Positions 39,101-51,100 of a stretch of DNA of 64,000 bases are shown here, piece by piece; the stretch's first letter is position 1, and every line of letters starts with the position of its first letter. Source of the DNA: an uncultured Lachnospiraceae bacterium (GTDB lineage Bacteria > Bacillota > Clostridia > Christensenellales > UBA1242); assembly GCA_964400145.1 (NCBI GenBank), contig CAYNTF010000005.1, forward strand, positions 2,176-66,175. The letters are read 5' to 3'. Both the position numbers and the translations under genes were made by a program. Under the pieces are notes generated by a model. That model was not told the origin of the DNA. It made no database searches and saw only the letters and a program-made list of their open reading frames with translations.

Positions 39101-42100
39101 CATTTTCTGGTGTAACTGTGAATGAACCCAATTCATAGCCATTGTTCGCTGAATATGTCAGTGCGACTGTCGCGCCGTATCTGACAGAATAGTTATTTCC
39201 CGAAGTGCGAACATAGAAGGAATCAGTTTCAACCGACAACGAAGCCCCTTCTGAAGCGTTCAATGTCAAGGTGTAATATTCTCTTGCGTATCTCAAAATC
39301 ACAACTGCATTTCCGTCCGCTGTTACGGTTGCAAGTTGAATTTCTTGATAACTGAATCCGTCAACAGTTGGCATTGTTGTCAAGTTTTCATAGCCTGAAA
39401 TCTTTTTGAGTGCTTCCAAAACAGCATTTTCTGTCAGATATTCATCTGTTGTTCCAGAAAGTGTGATGTCTGAATAACCTTCAAGCGAACTGTAAACTGC
39501 TTCGTTGTCTGCATTAAGGTCAAGTTCTTCAAATTCAAATCTGAGAATGAAGTTTGAAGTTGATTTTTCCCAATGAGCATACAATATTGTGCCTTCTGTG
39601 ATTAAAACAGTGTCGCTTTCAGTGATTTGAACGCCACCTTCTGGGTCTGTCCACCAACCTGCAAAGATGTAGCCTGTTCTTTCTGCGGTTGGCAAACCAA
39701 CAATTTCACCTTGTCCGTTGACTGCCAAAGCATAAGTGCTGTTATAAGTCACAATCGCTGTGTCAAAATCGACACTTGCCGTGCCTGTGCCTATGCTTGC
39801 ATTGGCGTCAAATGTGATTGTGTATGTGTTTGGAGTGTATGTCACTTTCCAAACATATTCATCTTGTTCAGTATAATCCCATGTTCCATAGAAACCTGAA
39901 TAGTCTGGTGTGTAACCTGTAATTTCTGGACTTGTTATGCTGTATTCTTCCCCGTAAGAGTAGTAGTATGTGATTTTGTTGAATGGGTTTTCTTCGCCTT
40001 CATAATAATATTCCACAATCAGTGTGTAACTGTTTGTATCATAATTCGCACGAAGTTCAACATCGCCATACATTCCTTCCAATGTGAATGGAGTGTTGTT
40101 GCTTTCACTGTATTCTCCAATCACAAAGAAGTATCCATCATTTGTTTCAACATAAGTGAGAACAGTGCCAAGCTCCCAATTTCCACTTGCAGAAGTCACT
40201 GTCCAAGAAACAAAGGTATAGCCTTCCATTGTTGGAACATCAAGTGTGTCTGTGCTTTCAATGTTATAATCTTTTGTTGTCAAATTTGTTGCGTTGGAAT
40301 ATGTGATTGTGTAAGTATCCAATTCCCAAACAGCATAAAGTGTGCATGTTCCGTTTAACTCGCTTGTGAAGTTTGGTGCTGTCAAAGTTGCACCTGCCGT
40401 CATGCTCACACCGCCAACACTTCCAACAGTTGTTCCATTCTTTTCTGTTGTCCAACCAACAAAGACATAACCATTGAGCGTGAAGCCGTTGCTTTCAAGT
40501 GTGACACTTCCGTCATAAGTTGCTGATGTTGAAGGTGTTTCGCCTGATGCTGAACCAATCAAGTTGGCGTCGTTGGCATCATAAATGATTGTGTATGGGT
40601 TTGCTGTCCATTGAGCATAAAGAACAATCTCACCGCTTTCAATCAGTTTTGAAACACTGTCGTCAGCGTTGAATGTTCTGCTGTCATCAGAAAGCCAACC
40701 AGCAAACGAATAACCTGTCAATGCAAAGCCCGCATCGCTATAATTCAAAATTGACAAGATTTCTGAGTAACTGTAAGACACTGAATAAGTTTTGTCATCA
40801 GCGTCAGTTGTGTTGTCCATTGTGTAGTTTGAGTTGTAGGTGATTTTGTATGTGTTGTCACCCCAAGATGCATAGAGTGTCACTTCATCGTCGTCGATAT
40901 ATGAAAGGTTATATGCATAATACGAGCCGTTATAGAGATAAATGCCCGCGATGCCAACACTCTTGATGTATTCTTCGATTGTCGATGAGCCCAAGTTGTC
41001 ATCAGTAACTTCAATAACACCTGCAAAGCCCTGTGCTGTCCAACCAGAGAATGAATACCCTGCAAGTTCGAAATATTTGCTTCCGTCAATAAGAAGTTGA
41101 ACTGTGCTGTCGTATGTCAGCGTCACGCTTGCTGGTTCTTGCGCTCCGCTAATCAAACTTCCGCCGTTGGCATCATAGGTGATTGTGTATGTGATTGCTT
41201 GCCAAACTGCATACAAATCAACTGTTGATTGATATTTGTCTTCGCTGGAAATTATGAATGTGTCATTATTATCGTATACAACACCACCGTCTTTGGAAGT
41301 TGCCCAGCCAAGGAATATATATCCCGTTCTTTCAAAACTGTTGGAGTTGAGTGTTTCAGGATTGTTATATGTTGCGTTTTGAGTTGTTGTTAATTCTGTT
41401 TCGTCTTCACTATAAACTCCGTTTTCGTGGAAGACAATTTCATATCCCTTTCCTTCTGCAACTGCTTGCACAGAAACATTTGAAGTGCCTGCGGTCAAGG
41501 TGTATGAATCATAATAATTTGTTTCATCAACCACCCAATTCACAAAGGTATAACCCGTCTCACCCTCAACCATGTTAAGTGTGTATGTGAATGATACAAT
41601 TCCACCAAACTTCACAGAGAATGTTTCGCTTGATGTGAAGGTTTGGTCTAGACTATAATTCGATGCGCTGACTGAAACGCTTGCCACGCCTTCCGTCATC
41701 GAAACACTGACTTCGATTGTGTTACGCTTGAAATAAACACTCAAAACTGTTGATCCGTCAGCTGTAACATTTCCGCTTGCAACAAAGGTCAAGTATGTGA
41801 AACCTTCGATTGTCCTTAAATTCAAGTCTTCAACCGTTTCAATTACACTTCCCGTGCTTGCCTGCCTTGTTTCGTCATATCCTTCGCCAAGGTAGGTGTA
41901 ATCATCAGCGTTAAACTCTTCGCTGTCCGCAGTGATATCTTCAATGTAATATTTGATTGTGAAATTTACAAGTTGTGCAGTTGCAACGATGTAAATTTCA
42001 ACATTGTCTGCTGGCATTGTGAACGAATACACATCCCCTTCGGCCTTAACAATATCAGATGACCAACTGCCAAAAGCATATCCGTTTTCAATTTTATATT

Positions 42101-45100
42101 CCAAAACAACTGTTGCGCCGTATTTAACCGTGTAGGTTATTGTGTTTTCAGAAGTTGTTGGATTGCCAACATATCCGCTTGTTGCTGTGAGGCTTTCAAC
42201 ACCTGTGGTTGTTTGCAATGTGAGTGTATACTCAATTCTTTCAAAATATACATTAATGACATTTTCGCTTTCAGTCGCTGAAATCACGATTGAATCTGCG
42301 CTCTCAAATCTGAAGCCTTCCAAAGTTGCATTTTCAATTTCTGTAAGAATGTCACTGCGCCCAACAGTGCTTCCAACTGTTGCACTTCCTGTCGCTTGTG
42401 CATCTTCGTCTTCATCATATCCGCCAGTGAGTGATTCATACCAGAATTTGATGACATAATCTCTGGATTGCGCTGTCACATTGATTGTGAACACCATGTC
42501 TGATGTGATGTTGAAAGTGTAACCATTTACATATGTGTAATCACCAATCGAGAAGCTTTCAAATGTGTATCCGTCTTCCATAGTGGCAGAAATTGTGACA
42601 ACTTGATTATATTTATAAGAATCTTGTCCAGAAGTTGTTGCCACACCCGTTGGAATTGTGAATGTCACAGTGTAAATCTTTCGAGTGTAATACAACTTCA
42701 AAGTGAGAGAACCGTCGCCTTGAACAACGCCTTGCAAAATGTTGTTTTCATTTGTCAAATCAACTTCAAAGCCTTCATATGAAACTTGTTCAATCGTCAC
42801 ATTTGCACCTGTGGTGCTGGTGATGATATCTGTGTGTGTTGTCAACTCAACATCTGTAATTTCTGTGTCAAGAACAAATGTGCCATTCAATGTTTCCAAG
42901 TAGTATTCCACTTTATAAGTTGCTTCGCCAACATTCCAAATTGCGTAGATAGGCACTTCAACACCACTTTGTGTTGTCAAATTGAAAACATAATATATTC
43001 CGTTATACAAGTAAATTCCGCCGTTTGCACCCGTTGCAACCAAATATTCGCTGACAGTGGTGTATGTGTCACTGCCACTTGTCAAACTGTCAATCTCTGT
43101 TGCATTCGAAGATGTGCCATTTGTTGTTGCCCAGCCAAGGAATTCATATCCTGCGAGTGTTGGTGTTTTGGTGATTTCGAGCGCTGTGTTATATGTTGCT
43201 TCAACACTTTCGATTGTGCTTCCACCGTTGGTTTCAAATCTCACTGTGTATGAAATTTCGCTCCAAATTGCATATATTGTGCAACTGTCATCATTTTCTT
43301 CGCCTGTTGCAAGGTTGTATGCATAATATTTGCCGTCATAGAGATAAATTCCTGCGCCCTCACCTTTGATGTATTCTTCGATTGTCAATGAGCCCAAGTC
43401 GTCGATAACAATCACGCTTGAAGCCGATTTTGTCAAGCCCCAGCCAGCAAATTCATATCCAATTCTGACAAAGTCTGAGCCGTCACTGATTTCAATAACG
43501 CTGTCATATTCCGCCGTTAATGAAGGAATTGAGGCGTCACCGTCGTTGCCGTCATAATTTATTGTATATTCATTTGCTTCGATGTTGACAGTGATTGTCA
43601 AGTCACCCTCAGTTTGATATTTGTAAGAAAGTGTTTCGTTTTGACCAATAACTGCTTCGCTGATTGTCCAACTCACAAAGTGATATCCTGTGTCAGTTGT
43701 TGCTGTCAAGTTCAATAATTCGTCATATTCAACATTGTATGTTCCGTCTGCGTTGGCAGTCTTGCCGTCAACAACAACAGAAACATGGTCTATGTTGGAA
43801 GTTATCGTCAATTTGTATGAAGCCGTTCCCCAAACCGCATAGATTGTTTGCCCGCTCAAACTGCTGCAAAGATTTTCATCTGTCACTTCATTGCCGTCTT
43901 CGTCGATCCACTTCACGAAAACATAACCATCTCTTGAAAGCACGATATCAGAAAGTGAGAAGTATGCATCGTTTTCGCCGATAACTTGTGAAATGTAGAG
44001 TTTTGAATAATCTTCGCCGTATGTTGCATAAAGAGTGATAACTCCGTCCGTTGCAGTCAAGTCGTCACTGCCAACTTTTGCCGTTGCTGTTGTTGAACCA
44101 TTCGAGAAGTTGACATCGTTCAAATTAAGCACGAGTTCATATCTGTTTGCAGTCCAAAGAGCAGTGATTGTGTCGTTGCCTGCGCCGAAGGTGTAGGTGT
44201 ATGTGATTGAACCGTCAGAACCATTAGATTGAGTTATTGTCCCGTATGCACTGCTGGATATGCTCCAACCTGCAAAGGTGTATCCTTCTTTTGTCGGTGT
44301 TGCCAAAGTGTATGTTGTCTTGTAGTTCTGTGTGACTGTCACACTGCCTGTTTGTTGTTCGTATGTGCCACCATTTAATTCGATTGTCAATGTGCATGGA
44401 TTGATTGTGGCATTTGCTGTGATTGTCACATCTCCAAGACCCATTGTCACTGTCTGCAAACTGTTGTTTGTGAGAACAAATCCTGTTGGTGTCACTCCGC
44501 TTACAGTGTAGTTGTTCCAACTGTATCCTTCTGCCACTATTGCTTCGATTGTGAAGCTTTCGCCATAATACAATGTTATTGTGCTTGTGTATTCTTCCTC
44601 GTCAATCTCAACGCTTGAAATTCCTTCTTGTTTTTGGATTGTCAATTCGTATTGATTTCTTGAGAAGTATAGGTCAACTCTTGTGTTTCCGTTTGCACTG
44701 ACAGTGTATGTTTCCAAGTTACTTGTTTCTGAGTCGAACGAGAAGCCGTCGAAAGAGTATGTGACGCCATTGATTGTCACTGATGTTTCTGTTGTGGTTA
44801 TCGTCAATTCTTCTCCGGTTGTTCCGTCTGTTCTTGTGTAGTATGTTGTGTAAGTGCCATAACTGCCAGTTGTGTCCATTTGATAGATGTAAACATAGTA
44901 GATTGTGTCTGTGTTTGCCACCCATTGTGCCTCAAATGTGACATCTCCATACATACCAGCAGATATTGTTGTTGTGTATACAGTGTCAACAACAAACGAA
45001 CCGTTTGACGATGTCACTTTCCAGCCAGAGAATGTGTATCCTTCTCTTTCCACTGTTGCAAGTGTTATACTGCCTTCGATTGTGTATGTTGTGCTGTGCC

Positions 45101-48100
45101 CTGTCGATGTGATTGTTCCTTCGTTTCTTTCGTATGTGATGTTGTAAGTAATCGCTGTGTATGTCACCTCAACTGTCACAGCCTGTTTTGGCATTGTGCC
45201 AGAAACTGTTGTTTGACTTGCTGTATAACCCGTGATTGTTGGGCTAGTGAAACTGTATGATGCATTATATTTGAATTCTTGAGAAACACTTTCGTATGCT
45301 TCACTGCCGTCTGCATATTGATATTTAATTGTCAAAAGGAAACTGTCGATTGTCCAATATGCATAGATGACTGTGTTATCATTTGCAGTGAGGAAACTTG
45401 TCAAGTCTGTCACTTCAACTTCGTTTGTTAAGCCGTCAGCAGTGATTTGTGTTGTATACCAGCCCGCAAAGGTGTAGCCATCACGCGTTGGAACCAAACT
45501 TGAAAGTGTAAACGAATCTGTTGCCGTTGAACTGAGATAAAGTTGTGCATAAGTGCCACCATACACAGCATAAACTTCAATAGTTCTCAAAGTTGCTGGG
45601 TCTGTGGTGTCATCATTCAAATTCAGAGTCACCTTATATCTGAGTGCTGTTGCCAAAGCAGTGACATTCAACGCATTGTTTGGCATTTCAAATGGATTTC
45701 CGTCAACTCCGCTGAATCCTGCTGTGACATAACCTTCTTCCGCTGTTGAAGTGAGTGTCACTTGTGCGCCATATTGAACAAGATAAACTTTGTTTTCAAC
45801 ATCATCTTCGGTGATATCCGTAACGCCAGTGCCACTTGCAGACGCGCTCTCAATTCCAACACCCATTTCCAAGGTCAAGGTGTGTTCTGCGCGGGTGTAA
45901 TAGTATCTCACTACAGTTGTTCCGTCTGCCGAGATTATCACTGTTTGTGTTGTAGGTGCAACAAAACCTGTCAAACTCAAAACTTCAGGAGTGATTTGTG
46001 AATCTGCCAAAGCGTAGTATGTTGTTGACAAAGTTTCATCGTTATATGTGGTCACCAATGTCCAATTTCCACTTGATGTATCTCCATATTCACCAACATT
46101 TGCGGTGTAATGATACACTTTATATTCAACTTGACCGTATGTCCAATATGCGAAGATAATTGTGCTGTCTTCTGCTGTTGCAAAAGATGTGCTTGCAAGA
46201 ACTTGCGACCCTGTAATCCCGCCATTAAGCATAATTTGACTTGTATAGAAGCCCTCAAAGGTGTAGCCATCTCTTTGAACTGTGCTTGCTGTCAAATCGG
46301 CAAGGCTGATATACTCATCACCCGTTCTTGAAGTATACATTGTTGCGTAAGTGCCGGCGTATTGAACATACAATTCGATTGTTCCGTTGGTGATTGTCAG
46401 GCTGACATCGCCAATCGTTATGCTTTCAACTGCTGTCGTTCCGTTGCCTGCTGTGACATCGTTGAGATTGAGTGTCACTTTGTATCTGTTTGCAGTCCAA
46501 AGAGCAGTGATTATGTCGTTGCCTGCGCCGAAGGTGTAGGTGTATGTGATTGAACCGTCAGAACCATTAGATTGAGTTATTGTCCCGTATGCACTGCTGG
46601 ATATGCTCCAACCTGCAAAGGTGTATCCTTCTTTTGTCGGTGTTGCCAAAGTGTATGTTGTCTTGTAGTTCTGTGTGACTGTCACACTGCCTGTTTGTTG
46701 TTCGTATGTGCCACCATTTAATTCGATTGTCAATGTGCATGGATTGATTGTGGCATTTGCTGTGATTGTCACATCTCCAAGACCCATTGTCACTGTCTGC
46801 AAACTGTTGTTTGTGAGAACAAATCCTGTTGGTGTCACTCCGCTTACAGTGTAGTTGTTCCAACTGTATCCTTCTGCCACTATTGCTTCGATTGTGAAGC
46901 TTTCGCCATAATACAATGTTATTGTGCTTGTGTATTCTTCCTCGTCAATCTCAACGCTTGAAATTCCTTCTTGTTTTTGGATTGTCAATTCGTATTGATT
47001 TCTTGAGAAGTATAGGTCAACTCTTGTGTTTCCGTTTGCACTGACAGTGTATGTTTCCAAGTTACTTGTTTCTGAGTCGAACGAGAAGCCGTCGAAAGAG
47101 TATGTGACGCCATTGATTGTCACTGATGTTTCTGTTGTGGTTATCGTCAATTCTTCTCCGGTTGTTCCGTCTGTTCTTGTGTAGTATGTTGTGTAAGTGC
47201 CATAACTGCCAGTTGTGTCCATTTGATAGATGTAAACATAGTAGATTGTGTCTGTGTTTGCCACCCATTGTGCCTCAAATGTGACATCTCCATACATACC
47301 AGCAGATATTGTTGTTGTGTATACAGTGTCAACAACAAACGAACCGTTTGACGATGTCACTTTCCAGCCAGAGAATGTGTATCCTTCTCTTTCCACTGTT
47401 GCAAGTGTTATACTGCCTTCGATTGTGTATGTTGTGCTGTGCCCTGTTGATGTGATTGTTTCATCTGTTTTCGTGTTATATGTGATGTCGTAGGTTGTTG
47501 CTTTGTAATATACAGTGATTGTGACATTGTCACCATTAATCACACCGCTGATTGTTGCCTGTGCACCATTCACAAGTTCATACGCTGTGATTGTTGGGCT
47601 TGTCACACTGTAACTTTCTCCATGTTCCAAAGTTTCAATATAACTTGTGTATATAGTTGTCCCTGTTGTTTGGTTGTAGTAATTGATTGTCAATGTGTAT
47701 TCTATTCTTGAATAGTAAACATACACAGTTGATGTTCCGTCACCTTTAATTTGAACACTTGAGAATGTGTTGTCACTTTGCAAAACGCCAAATCCAGCAT
47801 ATTCAAAACCTGTGACAGTTGGAATTGAGCCACCGTTTGCTGTTTGAATCATTTCAAGTGAGATATAACTTTCGGTTTCTCCTTCACCTGTTGTCGCAAA
47901 ATCACTTGACAATGTTGAATCTTCCACAAAGGTGTCATCCAAAGTTTCGAACAAATAAACAATGTTGAATTTTGTGTCAGAATTTTTTGTTGTATATGCT
48001 GCAAGTGTCAATTCACCCGCTGGCATTGAGAAGGTGTAAGAATACACTCCTTCACTTCCTTGACATTCACTTGCCGTGATGTCACCCATTATTGCCGTAT

Positions 48101-51100
48101 TGGAAGAAGTGAAACCAGCAAATGAATATCCCGCATTTATCGTTGCTGTGATTGTCACCAATTGACCATATTGATAACTGTCTGAACCGCTGACAGTGTC
48201 AATTCCATTGTCATAAGTTGTGGCAACCACTGTTAATTGATATGTGTTGCGTGTATACCACAAATTGATGACAAGGTCACCTGTGTTGATGACAAGTGTG
48301 CTGTTGTCTGTGCCATTTGTGGTGTATCCATTATACTCAAAACCTGTGAAGCTTTCAATCAATGTGCTGATTGTGATTGTTGAACCTGTGTATGCTGTCT
48401 TTGTTGAGTCCGTGTAAAGAGTGTAGTTTGTTGTGTTGTATTCACTTCCAGCACCAATATTTTGTTGATAAATGTTCACTGTGAACTTAACTTCTACTGC
48501 CGTCCAAATTGCATAGAGTGTGACTGTGTCAGTGCTGTCAACATAATTCCACAAATCTGCAATCGTTGGAGTGCTTGTGGCTTGGTATACAACCGAACCC
48601 GTTGCACTTGTTGCCCAGCCCGCAAATTCATAACCTTCGCGAGTGTATACACCTGAAAGAACGGCATTTTCACTCTCATATTTCAATGATTGTGATACCA
48701 ATTCCTGAGATACAACTACTGCTGTGCCTTGATAGTTATCGTCATTTGCGTCAAGATTGAGTTTGTATGTGTTTTCGCTCCAAACAGCAAAGATTGTGCA
48801 AGTTTCATAGCCTTCTGCACCTGTTGCCAAGTTGTATGCATAATAAGTGCCATTATAGAGATAAATTCCTGCGGTGCCAACACCTTTGATGTATTCTTCG
48901 ATTGACGAGCATGAACCCAAATCACTAACTTCAATGGCATTTGAAGTTGTTGCACCTTCTTGTGTTGACCAGCCAATGAATGTGTATCCTGTGCGGTCAA
49001 AGTCAACTTCTGTCAATGCTTTTGGCGTATCATAATAAGCCTCTGTTCTTGGCATAACCCCATTTCCACCATTTGAATTGTAAATGATTGAATATGAGTT
49101 TTGTGCCCAAACTGCATAGAGAGTGAGCCCGTATGTGAGATTATATTGCTCGAATGAATATTCGTCTTCATAGTCCACATTTCCAGCATTTGCATTTTCT
49201 TGAGATATAGCCCATCCCCTGAAAACATAACCGTCTCTCACAAATTCATTTTCTGGAAGAGTGAGAGAATTGAGATATGTCACTGTGACTTTCTCCATTG
49301 TTCCACTTGTTGAACCATTTCCGTCGAATGTAATCTCAAATTCTCTTGGATCTGCTGTTGCCGTCAATGTAACTTCATCGGAAGGCATGTTGAATGAATA
49401 TTGTTCAGTGCTTCCAACTTGTGTGATATCCCCACTTGCAAGTCCCGAGTCAATTCTCCAACCAGCAAATTCATAGCCAGCAGAAGTTAATGTATATTCA
49501 ATAACAACTTTAACATTATACATCACTTCATAAACATTTGAAGTTTGCCCATCGTCGCCAACAACCGTTTGAGTTATTCCCGTTCCTGTCTCTGCGGTCG
49601 CCGATGCCACACCTGTGCTTATGTTGATTGTCAAAGTGTATGTTTCGCGAACATAATACAGATTGATGACAAGACTTTCGTCACCGTCAATGTTGAGATT
49701 GCCACTTGTCACCGGAGTTGAACCATTTGTGGTGGAAGTTACGGTGTAATATGAATATCTCATCCCCTCAAATGTGATTGCATTGTATGTTGAAATTGGT
49801 GCCAAGGTGTCAGTTGTGCCAGTGCGAGAACCTGAAGGGTCTGTGATGTCATATTCATCAAATTCACTTGCGTGAACAAAATTTCCGTCCACTTGTTGAA
49901 CATAATAGTTCACTGTGTATTTCGTGTTGGTGTTTGCAGTTGCTGTTGCCGTCACCACCAAATTGCCGGCTGGCATACCAAACGCACTGCCACTGACAGT
50001 CACTTCTGTTGACCATGTCCAGTCGCTCACAGAATTGATTGTGTAGCCATCCTTTGCCATTGCTGAAAGTGTGACAGTTGCACCATATTTCACTGTGTAA
50101 ACGCCATTTCCGTCGGAAGTAAGTCCTGTTTCTGCGCTTGCTGTGATTGAACTTACACCTGTGCCTGCAACAAGAGTTAAGGTGTATGTTTCGCGAACAT
50201 AATAAATCTTAATGACAAGACTTCCGTCGCCGTCAATGTTGAGGTCGCCGTTTGTCACCTCACTTGAACCATTTGTGGTGGAAGTTGCGGTGTAATATGA
50301 ATATCTGAACCCTTCATATTCTTTTGAAGTGTAAGTCAAGATTGAAACATTTGTGTCGGTTGTGCCCTTGGTTTCGTCGCTGGAAACTGTTGACTCGTAA
50401 GTGAACGAACCATCAAGTTCTTCCAAATAATACATCACCGTGTATTTCGTGTCAATGTTTGCACTTGCCGTCGCTGTGAGATAAACGCCAAGATTTGCTT
50501 CACCCATCGTGAATGAATTGCCTTCATCTGAAAGTGTAAACACATTGTAATTAGAATCAAATACCCAATTATCGAAAGTATATCCCGCTTTTGGAGTTGC
50601 TGTCAGTGTGACAGTTGCACCATACTTAACCGAATAAGTTGTTCCAGAAACAAGTTCAACTCCTGTTCCACTTGCACTCACACTATTCACACCTGTGCTC
50701 GCTGTCAAAGTCATAGTGTAAGAATTTCGCGTATAGAAAGCATAGATCAGCGTTATACCCAAAGTCACATTTTCACCGGTGCTTTCATCAGTGGTAGTTT
50801 CACCCCCTGGACTTGCCTGAATTATATCACTTTGATATTCATAATATGCATAAGTGAAACCTTCAAATTCATATTTATTGATGTAATTTTCAACTTGATC
50901 TGCAATCAAAGCATTGCTGTTTACTTCAACTCTATACACAGTGTATGTTCTTTCAACACCGTCTTCACCTGTGTAATTGATTTTGTCACCCACTTTTGAA
51001 ACATTTGTTGGATATGAGTTTCCTTCCGATGGATAAGCAAAATCATTTTCATCTTCGTCGGTTGATATGTCTTCAATAAGATAATAAACTGTGTATGTGA

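Noticed and set aside
44141-47460. The long direct repeats as a possible IS element, prophage att sites or a CRISPR-like array
   Set aside because: Both copies are in frame within the giant ORF and encode ordinary repeat modules. There are no terminal inverted repeats, no transposase and no short regular repeat-spacer periodicity.
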